This document shows positions 34,686 through 43,805 of a DNA stretch of 64,000 bases, piece by piece (positions within the stretch are counted from its first letter, which is position 1; each line of letters opens with the position of its first letter). Origin of the DNA: Gemmatimonadales bacterium (GTDB lineage: Bacteria; Gemmatimonadota; Gemmatimonadetes; Gemmatimonadales; GWC2-71-9); assembly GCA_035601235.1 (NCBI GenBank), contig DATNOR010000076.1, forward strand, positions 29,275 to 93,274, given 5' to 3'. The position numbers were made by a program, and so were the translations under genes. Below the pieces are notes generated by a model. The model was given only the letters and a program-made list of their open reading frames with translations. It made no database searches and had not been told where the DNA came from.

Positions 34686-36149
34686 ATGCAGACCATCCGC
34701 GGCCGGCTCACCGCCTGGTACTCGGCGGCTCTCGTGCTCACGCTCGCCGCGTTCGCCGCGGTGCTGTACCTGGACCGGCGCAGTGCATCCTACCACGACC
34801 TGGACCAGCGGATGCGCTCGGAGGCTTCGCTCACCGCCGGCATCCTGGCGGAAAGCTACCGGGCCCGCGGGGTGCTGGTGCGGCCGGACACCGCCAACCG
34901 GCCGGTGCTCATCCCCGACGTCGCCGCGCTGCTCGAGGCGGTCCCCGACATCCTGATCGTCACCGCGCGCGACGGCAGTCTCTTGTTCGCGTCGTCGGAT
35001 GCCCGGGCGCTCACGTTCCAGCAGGTGGAACAACTGCACCGCATCGCGACTGGTCCCCCCTCCGGCGGGTCCCCGGGCAGCTTCCACATCGAGCCCGACG
35101 GGCCGACGATTCATTACGCGGTCCGCTCGCTCAGCGACGCGGGGCCCCAGTTCGGCGCCATCCTCGCCGCGGCGAACGTGCGCACGGCCGAGCTCGGCCC
35201 CGATCAGCTGCTCTCCACGTTCGCGCTCGTGCTGCCCTTCGGCGTCGCCGTCGCCCTCCTCATGGGCTCGTGGATCTCCCGACGCGCGCTCGGCCCCGTG
35301 GACCAGATCATCACGGAGGTCCGCGAGATCACGGACGGTCGGAGCCTGCATCGCCGGCTGGCGGAGCCGCTGGTGAAGGACGAGCTCGGCCGCCTTGCCG
35401 AAACCCTGAACCAGATGATGACCCGGCTGGAGCGGAGCTTCGCCGCCCTGCGACGCTTCACCGCCGACGCCAGCCACGAGCTCAAGACGCCGTTGACCGT
35501 ACTGCGCGCCGGCGTGGAGCGCGCCATCACCACGCCCAACCTCCCGCAGGACACCCTCGCCACGCTGGAGGAGACGATGCAGGAGATCAAGCGCATGACC
35601 GAGCTGGTGGAGGCGCTGCTCACGTTGGCGCGCGCGGACGAGGGGATCGCGCCGCTGCACCGCGAGCCCGTGGACCTGTGCGGCATCGTCGAGGAGGCGC
35701 GCGAGACCGGCGAGCTGCTGGCGGAGGAGGCGGGGGTGCGCATGGAAGTGACGACGCCCGCCGAGCCGGTCGTGGTGTCCGTCGACGCGACCCGGATTCG
35801 CCAGCTGATCCTCAATCTCCTCACCAACGCCGTGAAGTACACGCCGGCGGGCGGAAGCGTGCGCCTGCGGCTCGGGCCCGCCAACGGCAGACTCACCCTC
35901 AGCGTCGCCGACAGCGGGATCGGCATCGCCCCCGGCGATCTGCCGCACATCTTCGACCGCTTCTGGCGCGCCGACTCGGCACGCACCCGCACCGGTGAGC
36001 GGCCGGGGGCGGGCCTGGGGCTCGCCATCTGCAAATGGATCGCCGAAGCGCACGGCGGACAGATCGACGTCGTGAGCCGTCCGGGACGCGGCACGACGTT
36101 CACCGTCACCCTGCCGTGGGAGGCCCCCCTCTCGGCGGGCAACTCCTAA
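34686..36149 (+). CDS. Membrane sensor histidine kinase (two TM, HAMP; CusS/heavy-metal-sensor-like architecture)
   Basis: ATG 34686, 1 nt after the regulator stop. Has TM1, a periplasmic loop of about 150 aa, TM2 and HAMP. H-box FTADASHELKTPL. The HATPase domain contains GLGLAICKWIAEAHGG. Confidence 0.9.
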   Translation: MQTIRGRLTAWYSAALVLTLAAFAAVLYLDRRSASYHDLDQRMRSEASLTAGILAESYRARGVLVRPDTANRPVLIPDVAALLEAVPDILIVTARDGSLLFASSDARALTFQQVEQLHRIATGPPSGGSPGSFHIEPDGPTIHYAVRSLSDAGPQFGAILAAANVRTAELGPDQLLSTFALVLPFGVAVALLMGSWISRRALGPVDQIITEVREITDGRSLHRRLAEPLVKDELGRLAETLNQMMTRLERSFAALRRFTADASHELKTPLTVLRAGVERAITTPNLPQDTLATLEETMQEIKRMTELVEALLTLARADEGIAPLHREPVDLCGIVEEARETGELLAEEAGVRMEVTTPAEPVVVSVDATRIRQLILNLLTNAVKYTPAGGSVRLRLGPANGRLTLSVADSGIGIAPGDLPHIFDRFWRADSARTRTGERPGAGLGLAICKWIAEAHGGQIDVVSRPGRGTTFTVTLPWEAPLSAGNS

Positions 36150-36238
36150 CCCGCTCGTCATCGTCCCTTCACGTCCGCTCCATCGCACCGAAAGCCGGAT
36201 GTGCCAGTGTGTGGGAGACCGCTTATTGGAGGATCTCC

Positions 36239-36901
36239 ATGCGCGACCTGCTGATCGAGTCCGGCGCAAGGGCAACCGCCCATCGCCCTTGGCTGCCGAG
36301 CGGACTGATCGCTGTAGTGGCACACGTCGTAATCGTCGCGGGCGCCGTGTGGGCGACGCTCGACCCGGCACGTGCGGTTGGATCAGAGCAGTCGCCCGTC
36401 GTCCTGACGTGGCCCGAGGAGACCCCGCGCGACCCACGGGGCGATGCGCGCGACGCGATTCCGGGACCGCCGGAGCCCGTGGTCGACGCGCCATCGCTGC
36501 CACCCGTCGGGCTTCCGCCCATCGACCCGGGAGGGCGCATCGAGCCCTTCTTGCCGGTGCCAGGTGTGGCTGGTACGGCACCTGCAAACGAAAGCGACGC
36601 GGCCGTGGACTGGCGGTCGGTCGAGGAGCCCCCCGCGCTGCTCGCCGGCCCGCCACCCGCGTACCCCGAGCTGCTTCGAGCCGCCGGCATCGAGGGCCGG
36701 GTGGTGTTTCAGGTCGTGATCGATACGCTCGGGCGGGCGGAGCCCGCGGCGCGAGTGGTCGAGAGCGCCAACCGGGGCTTCGACGCCGCGGCCCTCGCCT
36801 TCGTGCGGGGAGCCCTGTTCCGGCCGGGGCGCGTGCGGGGCCGCGCCGTGCGCGTGCTCATCCGCCTGCCGATCGATTTCACGCTGCGGGGGGTGCGGTG
36901 A
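36239..36901 (+). CDS. Energy transducer TonB paralogue
   Basis: ATG 36239 behind GGAGG. Has an N-terminal anchor helix and a Pro-rich spacer. The C-terminal domain is YPELLRAAGIEGRVVFQVVIDTLGRAEP...GRAVRVLIRLPIDFTL. Confidence 0.8.
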   Translation: MRDLLIESGARATAHRPWLPSGLIAVVAHVVIVAGAVWATLDPARAVGSEQSPVVLTWPEETPRDPRGDARDAIPGPPEPVVDAPSLPPVGLPPIDPGGRIEPFLPVPGVAGTAPANESDAAVDWRSVEEPPALLAGPPPAYPELLRAAGIEGRVVFQVVIDTLGRAEPAARVVESANRGFDAAALAFVRGALFRPGRVRGRAVRVLIRLPIDFTLRGVR

Positions 36902-37023
36902 GGCATGGGCGCCTCAAGCTCCCCCAGCTGTCATCGTTTTGTAATGCGTGTTGCACTAGCGAGCTAACCGTCCTGGCCGCTATTTCATATGGAGACACCG
37001 ATCACGCCGGAGGGCGACTACCC

Positions 37024-37701
37024 GTGTTCGACCACCTGATCGAGTCCAAGCGCACCAAGAACCGCAAGCGGACGTTCGGGCTGAACGCCGTTTCCTTGAT
37101 AGCGCACACCGTGCTTATCGCGGCGGCCGTGTACGCGACCCTGAACGCCGGTCAGACGGACAACTCCGTCAAGGTCGACACGGCGCTCGTGTTCGTCGAT
37201 CAACCGAAGCAGGAGAAGCCGCCCGAGCAGCAGCCGGTCCAGCTCGACGTGCCGTTGAAGGGATTCCAGACCGTCGTCGCGCCCGATGTAATCCCCACCA
37301 ACATTCCGCCGGTGAACCTCCAGGAGCACTTCGATCCCAAGGATTATTCCGGAACGGGCGTGGAGGGCGGCGTCGCCACGGGAATCGTGCCCACGGGCAA
37401 TGAAGTGTTCATGGAAGCGATCGTGGAAGAAAAACCGGCGGTGCTGTCGGGGCCGGTGCCCGTGTACCCCGAGCTCTTGAAGCAGGCGCAGATCACGGGC
37501 CGCGTGCTGGTGCAGGCGATCGTCGACACGCTGGGCCGCGCCGAGCCGACCTCCGTGAAAGTGCTGCAGAGCCCGAACCCCGGGTTCGATCAATCCGCGA
37601 AAAACTACGTGCTCAAGTGTCTGTTCCGGCCCGCGCGCGTACACGGCCGCGCGGTCCGCGTGCTGGTGCAGATCCCCATCGATTTCCGCCTCAAACAGTA
37701 G
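37024..37701 (+). CDS. Energy transducer TonB paralogue
   Basis: GTG 37024 (MFDHLIESKR, parallel to MRDLLIESGAR in the upstream paralogue). The C-terminal domain is YPELLKQAQITGRVLVQAIVDTLGRAEP...GRAVRVLVQIPIDFRL. Confidence 0.8.
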   Translation: MFDHLIESKRTKNRKRTFGLNAVSLIAHTVLIAAAVYATLNAGQTDNSVKVDTALVFVDQPKQEKPPEQQPVQLDVPLKGFQTVVAPDVIPTNIPPVNLQEHFDPKDYSGTGVEGGVATGIVPTGNEVFMEAIVEEKPAVLSGPVPVYPELLKQAQITGRVLVQAIVDTLGRAEPTSVKVLQSPNPGFDQSAKNYVLKCLFRPARVHGRAVRVLVQIPIDFRLKQ

Positions 37702-37722
37702 CGCCCAAAGGAGCCTGCGCAC

Positions 37723-38472
37723 ATGAGTCTCTCGCTTTACGACCTGTTCGTGACGATGGGGCCGTTCGCGAAGTTCATCGTCGTCGTCCTGGCGGTCATG
37801 TCGGTCATTTCGTGGGCGAACGCGGTTCAGAAACTGGTCCAGATCGTTCGGTCGGAGCGGCAAACGCGGAAATTCGCGCCCGAGTTCTCGCGCTTCCTCC
37901 AGGAGGAGCAGCTCGACGGCGCGATCAAGCTGGCCGAGAAGCAGAACCGGAGTCACGTGGCTCGCGTGGTGGGCGAGGCTCTCTCCGAGGTGAAGCCGCT
38001 GCTGCGCGATCGCGCCACCATCACCGCGGCCGACATCAATTCGGTGGAGCGCGCCGTGGAGCGCGAGATCCTCATCGTGGCGGCCGAGCTGAAGCGCGGC
38101 CTCGGCATCCTGGCCACCACCGGCTCCACCGCGCCGTTCGTGGGACTGCTGGGCACCGTGATGGGCATCGTGAACGCCTTCACCGGCATGGCGGCCTCGG
38201 GCGGCGGCGGCTCGCTCGCCTCGGTGTCGGCCGGTATCGCCGAGGCCCTGATCACCACGGCGTTCGGACTCATCGTCGCCATTCCCGCGGTATGGCTCTA
38301 CAACTACTTCACCACCAAGATCGACTTCCTCTCCGTCGAGATGACCTACACCTCGAAGGAGCTGATCGACTACCTGATCAAGAGCGTGGGGTCGGAGTTC
38401 GGTCGCTCGATCTTCACGAAGGAATTCGCGACCCAGAAGGCTTCGCAGACCAGTGGCCCTATCAGCCACTAG
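37723..38472 (+). CDS. exbB: MotA/TolQ/ExbB proton-channel protein
   Basis: ATG 37723 behind AAAGGAG. Three TM helices. Contains GSTAPFVGLLGTVMGIVNAF. Confidence 0.9.
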   Translation: MSLSLYDLFVTMGPFAKFIVVVLAVMSVISWANAVQKLVQIVRSERQTRKFAPEFSRFLQEEQLDGAIKLAEKQNRSHVARVVGEALSEVKPLLRDRATITAADINSVERAVEREILIVAAELKRGLGILATTGSTAPFVGLLGTVMGIVNAFTGMAASGGGGSLASVSAGIAEALITTAFGLIVAIPAVWLYNYFTTKIDFLSVEMTYTSKELIDYLIKSVGSEFGRSIFTKEFATQKASQTSGPISH

Positions 38473-38908
38473 CGCCCGCGCGGCCGTCAAGGCGGACATC
38501 AACGTCACGCCGCTCATCGACGTGATGCTGGTGCTGCTCATCATCTTCATGATCGTCACGCCCCTGATCGCCGCCGGCTTCCAGGCCACCATCCCGCGCT
38601 CCGCGAACCCCGAGAACCGGCCGGAGGGACAGGACGAGGTCAAGCTCGGGATCGACAAGGATGGCAAGTTCTGGCTCGACCTGGGACCGGGACCGAGGCA
38701 GATACCGGACGACCAGTTGCCCGGGCGCCTGCAGGCGATCTATGATAGCCGCACCAAGGACAAGGTCCTGTTTCTCAAAGCCGACCAGAACATCGAGTTC
38801 GGCCGCGTCCAGCAGGCCATCGAAATCGCCCGGCGGGCGGGCGTGCGCGTGGTCGGCGCGATCACGGAGCAGAAGCAGACGCTCACCAAGAAGAAAGAAG
38901 GGGACTGA
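38453..38908 (+). CDS. exbD: ExbD/TolR biopolymer transport protein
   Basis: GTG 38453. Contains DINVTPLIDVMLVLLIIFM. Confidence 0.85.
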   Translation: MALSATSARAAVKADINVTPLIDVMLVLLIIFMIVTPLIAAGFQATIPRSANPENRPEGQDEVKLGIDKDGKFWLDLGPGPRQIPDDQLPGRLQAIYDSRTKDKVLFLKADQNIEFGRVQQAIEIARRAGVRVVGAITEQKQTLTKKKEGD

Positions 38909-38911
38909 CCC

Positions 38912-39331
38912 ATGGCGATGGGATCCTCCGGCGGCGGCGAGGGGCTCAGCTCCGACATCAACGTCACGCCGTTGATCGACGTCCTGCTCGTGCTGCTGAT
39001 CATCTTCATGATCACCCAGCCCCTGTCGCGCAAGGCATTCGACGTTCAGGTCCCGCCCGAGCAGCAGAACAAGCAGAAGCAGCAGCAATCGAGCCAGATC
39101 GTGCTCGAGCTCAAGGCCGACGGCTCGTACGCGATCAACGGCCAGCCGTACGCCGTGAACCAGCTCGACCAGGCGTTCCATCAGATCTACGACCCGCGAC
39201 CGGCCAAGCTGCTGTTCATCAAGGCAGCCCCGAGCCGCAAGTATCTCGACGTGATGCAGGCGATGGACATCGCGCACGGCGCGGGCGTCCAGGTGATCGG
39301 CTTCACGCCGCCCGAGCAAGCCAAGAAATAG
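38912..39331 (+). CDS. exbD: ExbD/TolR biopolymer transport protein (second copy)
   Basis: ATG 38912. Contains DINVTPLIDVLLVLLIIFM. Confidence 0.9.
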   Translation: MAMGSSGGGEGLSSDINVTPLIDVLLVLLIIFMITQPLSRKAFDVQVPPEQQNKQKQQQSSQIVLELKADGSYAINGQPYAVNQLDQAFHQIYDPRPAKLLFIKAAPSRKYLDVMQAMDIAHGAGVQVIGFTPPEQAKK

Positions 39332-39353
39332 GCCCGCCCGTAGGGCGAGATGA

Positions 39354-39385
39354 ACGTAGGGGCGCAGCATGCTGCGCCCCTACGT
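39354..39385. repeat. 32-nt perfect palindrome ACGTAGGGGCGCAGCATGCTGCGCCCCTACGT (REP-like element / terminator hairpin), copy 1
   Basis: Self-complementary over 32 nt, 23 nt after the exbD stop. A near-identical 28-nt core recurs at 45097-45124. Confidence 0.7.
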
Positions 39386-39411
39386 CGCTGTCGGGGTATA
39401 CCTCAGGCACC

Positions 39412-40122
39412 GTGAACCCCCCCGCCCCGGACCGACCCCCCCTCCCCGGGCTCCGCCTGCCGCTCCCGTCCCGGGGCGTGGCGCCGGGCGCCGTACTCGC
39501 CGTGCTCGTCCACGCGAGTGTGATCGGTGCGCTCGTCATCCAGGGGCGTGAGCCGGCGAGCGGGGCGCTGCGGTCCGCGGCGCCCGACGCGGTGAACTTC
39601 TTCGTGCTGTCGCGGGGCACACCGGCCCCCGTCGATGTCGCTCTCGCGCCCCACGTGCCCCTGGCCGACCTGTCCGGGCTGCGCCGCATCGCCATCGAGC
39701 TGCCACCCCTCGACCTGCCGCGCCCGACCCTCCCGCTCCCCGTGACGCCGGTGTCCGGTGGCACGGGTGGTGCTGAGGGAGCGAGGGCGGGTGGCGGTCC
39801 GGCGACGGGGACGGGGGGCGGGACGGGGCCTGGAACGGGCGACGAAGGCGGTTACATTTTGCACGCCGCGCCGCGGACGGCGATTCTTCCGCCCCTGGCG
39901 CAGGTGCCCGGCTCAGTGGCCGGCCGCACCCTGCGGGTGTCGTTCTGGGTGGCGGCCGACGGACGCGTCACTCGCGTGCAAGTGGATCCCCCGATCGCCG
40001 ACGCGGCGTACAACCGGGAGTTCCAGCGGCGCATGATGGCGTACCAATTCTACCCGGCGCACACGCGGGGTGGACGGACCCTGGCGGACGTCGTGATCGT
40101 CCCCCTGCGCATCGGCAACTGA
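39412..40122 (+). CDS. TonB-like membrane protein (anchor helix, Pro- and Gly-rich spacer, TonB-C-like domain)
   Basis: GTG 39412. Contains AVLAVLVHASVIGALVI and a PLDLPRPTLPLPVTP spacer. The C-terminal domain is GRTLRVSFWVAADGRVTRVQV...YPAHTRGGRTLADVVIVPLRI. Confidence 0.55.
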   Translation: MNPPAPDRPPLPGLRLPLPSRGVAPGAVLAVLVHASVIGALVIQGREPASGALRSAAPDAVNFFVLSRGTPAPVDVALAPHVPLADLSGLRRIAIELPPLDLPRPTLPLPVTPVSGGTGGAEGARAGGGPATGTGGGTGPGTGDEGGYILHAAPRTAILPPLAQVPGSVAGRTLRVSFWVAADGRVTRVQVDPPIADAAYNREFQRRMMAYQFYPAHTRGGRTLADVVIVPLRIGN

Positions 40123-40165
40123 CCCGCCCGCCCCTTGGGCGGGCTCCAAGGAGTCACAAGGCACT

Positions 40166-42301
40166 ATGCTCATTGCTCTCGTCCTGGGCCTCTCGGTCCT
40201 CGCCCTGGTCGTCGCCTGGGGTCTGCGAAGCTACGTGCTGCGGCAGGACACCGGCACCGCCGACATGCGCAAGATCTCCGACGCGATCCAGGAAGGCGCC
40301 GAAGCGTTCCTGCGGCGGCAGTACCGCACGATCGGCCTCCTGAGCATCGCGCTGGGCGTGCTCATCTACGTGCTGTACGCGTTCTTCCGCAAACCGCATC
40401 CGGACGAACCCGCCGCCGCGACCTTGGCGCTCACCACGACCCTGTCGTTCCTGTTCGGCGCCCTCTGCTCGGGGGTCGCCGGCATCGTCGGCATGTACGT
40501 CGCCGTGCGCTCGAACATCCGGAGCGCCAGCGCGGCCCGCTCGAGCCTCAACAAGGCGTTGCAGATCGCGCTGCGCGGCGGAGCCGTGAGCGGGTTGTTC
40601 GTGGTCTCCATGAGCCTGTTCGGCGTGGGGCTGCTCTACACGGTGCTCGAGGCGCTGCATTTCGAGCCCACCAAGATTCCCCTCATGATCGTGGGCTACG
40701 GCTTCGGGGCGTCGTTCGTGGCGCTGTTCGCACAGCTGGGTGGGGGCATCTACACGAAGGCCGCCGACGTCGGCGCCGACCTGGTCGGCAAGGTCGAGGC
40801 GGGGATCCCGGAAGACGACCCGCGCAACCCCGCCGTGATCGCGGACCTGGTGGGCGACAACGTGGGGGACTGCGCCGGGCGCGGCGCCGATCTGTTCGAG
40901 TCCACGGCCGCGGAGAACATCGGCGCCATGATCCTGGGCTCGGGCCTCGCGCTCGCGAATACCGGGGTGTTCAGCCCGACCCAGGTGGTCGGCCTGATGC
41001 TGTTCCCGCTCGTGGCCCGCGCGTTCGGCCTGGTGGCGTCGATCATCGGAGTGCTGGTGGTGAAGGCTCGTGAGGACGAAGACCCGATGCAGGCGCTCAA
41101 CCGCGGCTACATGTGGACCGCCCTGCTCGCGGCGGCCGGGTTCGTGGGGGGGACCTACTGGCTGCTCAATCCGGCGGCCCACCCCGCCGCCTGGTGGCAC
41201 TTCGCCCTGTGCGGCGTCATCGGCATCGCCACCTCCATCGCCTTCGTCTACATCACGCAGTACTACACCGAATACCGCTATCGCCCCGTCAAGAGCATCG
41301 CCGCCGCCTCGGTCACCGGACCCGCGACCAACATCATCGCGGGGTTCGCCGTGGCGCTCGAGTGCACGGCCTTGCCGACGTTCACCATCTCGGCCGCCAT
41401 CATCGCGTCGTACAAGCTCGGTGCGTCGAGCGGCCTCGCCCACTCGGGGCTGTTCGGCACCGCAGTGGCCACGATGGGGATGCTCGGCACCGCGGCCTAC
41501 ATCCTCGCCATGGACACGTTCGGACCCATCACCGACAACGCCGGCGGCATCATCGAGATGTCGCATCAGCCCGAAGACATCCGCCGGCGCACCGATCGGC
41601 TCGACGCCGTCGGCAACACCACCAAGGCGCTCACCAAGGGATATGCCATCGGGTCCGCGGCGCTGGCCGCGTTCCTGCTGTTCTCCGCGTACCTGGACGA
41701 GGTCGCGGCGCTGGGCTCGCCGCTCGCCTCCGTCGATATTTCGAAGCCCGAGGTGTTCGTGGGCGGGCTGTTCGGCGCCATGCTCGTGTTCTGGTTCTCG
41801 GCGCTCGCCATCAGCGCGGTGACGAAGGCCGCCGTCAGCGTGATCCAAGAGGTACGGCGGCAGTTCAAGGCCGACCCTGGGATTCTCAAAGGGACGTCGC
41901 GGCCCGACTACGGTCGGGCGGTGGATATCGTCACCGTCGGGGCGCTGAAGGCGATGGTGGCTCCCGGTCTGCTCGCCGTGGGCATGCCGATCGCCGTGGG
42001 ACTGGTCTTCAAGCTGTTGTTCCATGTCGGCGCCGAGACTGTGGCGTCGTTCCTCATGGTCGGCACGATCGCGGGGATCCTCATGGCGACGCTGCTCAAC
42101 AACGGTGGTGGCGCGTGGGACAACGCCAAGAAATTCATCGAGACGGGTGAATACGGCGGGAAGGGCAGTCTGCCCCACAAGGCGGCCGTGGTCGGCGACA
42201 CGGTGGGCGATCCGTTCAAGGACACGGCGGGGCCGTCGTTGCACGTGCTGATCAAGCTCTTGAGCACGGTCACGCTGGTGCTGGCGCCGCTCTTTGTCTA
42301 G
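40166..42301 (+). CDS. hppA: Membrane-integral H+-translocating pyrophosphatase (K+-independent type)
   Basis: 711 aa. Contains GGGIYTKAADVGADLVGKVE and DNVGDCAGRGADLFES. GNTTKALTKGYAIGSAAL has Lys at the position that distinguishes K+-independent enzymes. Confidence 0.95.
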   Translation: MLIALVLGLSVLALVVAWGLRSYVLRQDTGTADMRKISDAIQEGAEAFLRRQYRTIGLLSIALGVLIYVLYAFFRKPHPDEPAAATLALTTTLSFLFGALCSGVAGIVGMYVAVRSNIRSASAARSSLNKALQIALRGGAVSGLFVVSMSLFGVGLLYTVLEALHFEPTKIPLMIVGYGFGASFVALFAQLGGGIYTKAADVGADLVGKVEAGIPEDDPRNPAVIADLVGDNVGDCAGRGADLFESTAAENIGAMILGSGLALANTGVFSPTQVVGLMLFPLVARAFGLVASIIGVLVVKAREDEDPMQALNRGYMWTALLAAAGFVGGTYWLLNPAAHPAAWWHFALCGVIGIATSIAFVYITQYYTEYRYRPVKSIAAASVTGPATNIIAGFAVALECTALPTFTISAAIIASYKLGASSGLAHSGLFGTAVATMGMLGTAAYILAMDTFGPITDNAGGIIEMSHQPEDIRRRTDRLDAVGNTTKALTKGYAIGSAALAAFLLFSAYLDEVAALGSPLASVDISKPEVFVGGLFGAMLVFWFSALAISAVTKAAVSVIQEVRRQFKADPGILKGTSRPDYGRAVDIVTVGALKAMVAPGLLAVGMPIAVGLVFKLLFHVGAETVASFLMVGTIAGILMATLLNNGGGAWDNAKKFIETGEYGGKGSLPHKAAVVGDTVGDPFKDTAGPSLHVLIKLLSTVTLVLAPLFV

Positions 42302-43805
42302 CGCGCGGCAGCTCCTGCGGCGCAAGCCGATCTCGGAGCTGCTGGTCGAGGGAGAAAGTCCGTATGCGCTGAAGCGGGCGCTCGGAGCGGGCGACCTCAT
42401 CATGCTGGGCATCGGCGCGGTGATCGGTGCCGGCATTTTCGGGGCGATCGGCACCGCCGCGGCGGGCCAGTACGACGCCGCCGGTCACCTGGTGCGGAGC
42501 GGGGCAGGGCCCGCGTTGGTGCTGTCCTTCCTGCTGCTCGGCGTGGCATGTGCGCTGGCGGGCCTGTGTTACGCCGAGCTTGCCGCGATGATCCCGCAGG
42601 CCGGCAGTGCCTACGCGTACTCGTACGCGACCCTCGGAGAGTTGGTCGCGTGGATCATCGGGTGGGACCTCATTCTCGAGTACGCGGTCGGCAACGTGGC
42701 CGTCGCCATCTCGTGGGGCGATTACTTCACGTCGCTGCTCGGCAGCTTCCACGTTCACCTGCCGGCCTGGCTCGTTACCGGGTACCGCACGGCGCTCCTG
42801 TCTCCCGATGCCGGGGTGCACGGCTTGCTGCAGACCGCTCCACACGTCCTGGGCGTACCGATCCTGGTGAACCTGCCGGCCTTCGTGATCGTCGCGCTCA
42901 TTACTTGGCTGCTCATGCTCGGCGTGCGCGAGAGTGCCACGGCCAACAACATCATGGTGACGATCAAGCTGGTCGTACTGGGGCTGTTCATCGTCGCCGG
43001 GCTCACGCACCTCAATGCCGCTAACTACCACCCGTTCGCTCCCAACGGGTTTCGCGGCGTCCATCAAGGCGCCGCGATCGTGTTCTTCGCGTACATCGGT
43101 TTCGACGCCATCTCCACCGCGGCGGAGGAAACCAAGAACCCGCAGCGAAACCTGCCGATCGGCATTCTGGGTGGACTCGCCATCTGCACCGTGATCTACA
43201 TGATCGTCGGTGCGGTACTCACGGGGATGGTCCCGTACAGCGAGTTGGGTGTCGCCGATCCGCTGGCGAAGGCGCTCAACAGCGCCGGCTTTACGACGGT
43301 CGGCTGGATCGTCGCCCTGGGCGCGATCGTCTCCATGTCGGCGGTGCTGCTCGTGTTCCAGTACGGGCAGCCGCGGATTTTTTTTGCGATGGGGCGCGAC
43401 GGGCTGCTGCCACCCTGGGCGGCCCGGGTGCACCAACGGACCCGGGTCCCGTACATCACGACGCTCATCACGGGCATCTTCGTGGGCCTGTGGTCCCTGA
43501 TCGGCGATGCCGGCGAGACCTACAACCTCACCAACATCGGGACCCTGTTCGCGTTCGTGCTGGTGTGCGTCGGTGTCCTGGTGCTGCGCCATACGGACCG
43601 CGATCGCCCGCGACCGTTTCGCGTGCCGCTGGTATGGGTCGTCTCGCTCACGGGCGCTGCGCTCTGTGTGTTCGTGATGGTCGGGCTGCCCGGTGAAACC
43701 TGGTGGCGGTTCGCGATCTGGCTCGCGATCGGCCTCGCCCTCTACGTCTTCTACGGCTTCCGCCACAGTCGCCTGCATGCCCCCCCCTCGGACCTTGGGC
43801 GGTGA
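42294..43805 (+). CDS. APC-family amino acid permease (cationic amino acid transporter-like)
   Basis: TTG 42294 with an 8-nt overlap. Contains LGAGDLIMLGIGAVIGAGIF. About 12-14 TM segments. Confidence 0.9.
   Translation: MSSARQLLRRKPISELLVEGESPYALKRALGAGDLIMLGIGAVIGAGIFGAIGTAAAGQYDAAGHLVRSGAGPALVLSFLLLGVACALAGLCYAELAAMIPQAGSAYAYSYATLGELVAWIIGWDLILEYAVGNVAVAISWGDYFTSLLGSFHVHLPAWLVTGYRTALLSPDAGVHGLLQTAPHVLGVPILVNLPAFVIVALITWLLMLGVRESATANNIMVTIKLVVLGLFIVAGLTHLNAANYHPFAPNGFRGVHQGAAIVFFAYIGFDAISTAAEETKNPQRNLPIGILGGLAICTVIYMIVGAVLTGMVPYSELGVADPLAKALNSAGFTTVGWIVALGAIVSMSAVLLVFQYGQPRIFFAMGRDGLLPPWAARVHQRTRVPYITTLITGIFVGLWSLIGDAGETYNLTNIGTLFAFVLVCVGVLVLRHTDRDRPRPFRVPLVWVVSLTGAALCVFVMVGLPGETWWRFAIWLAIGLALYVFYGFRHSRLHAPPSDLGR

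Noticed and set aside
36902-37023. AT-richer 122-bp region upstream of the second tonB, inspected for a Fur box
   Set aside because: It contains TTGTAATGCGTGTTGCACTAGC, but I could not align it convincingly to the 19-bp Fur consensus or to any clear dyad. It is probably just a promoter region. The evidence is insufficient to call a site.
40126-40144. Hairpin GCCCGCCC-CTT-GGGCGGGC between the TonB-like gene and hppA
   Set aside because: The 8-bp stem is real, but there is no U-tract and the SD of hppA follows immediately. Its function (terminator or mere GC palindrome) cannot be decided from sequence.
40154-42454. 766-aa ORF on the minus strand
   Set aside because: It lies antisense to the unambiguous H+-pyrophosphatase gene, and its translation is low-complexity.
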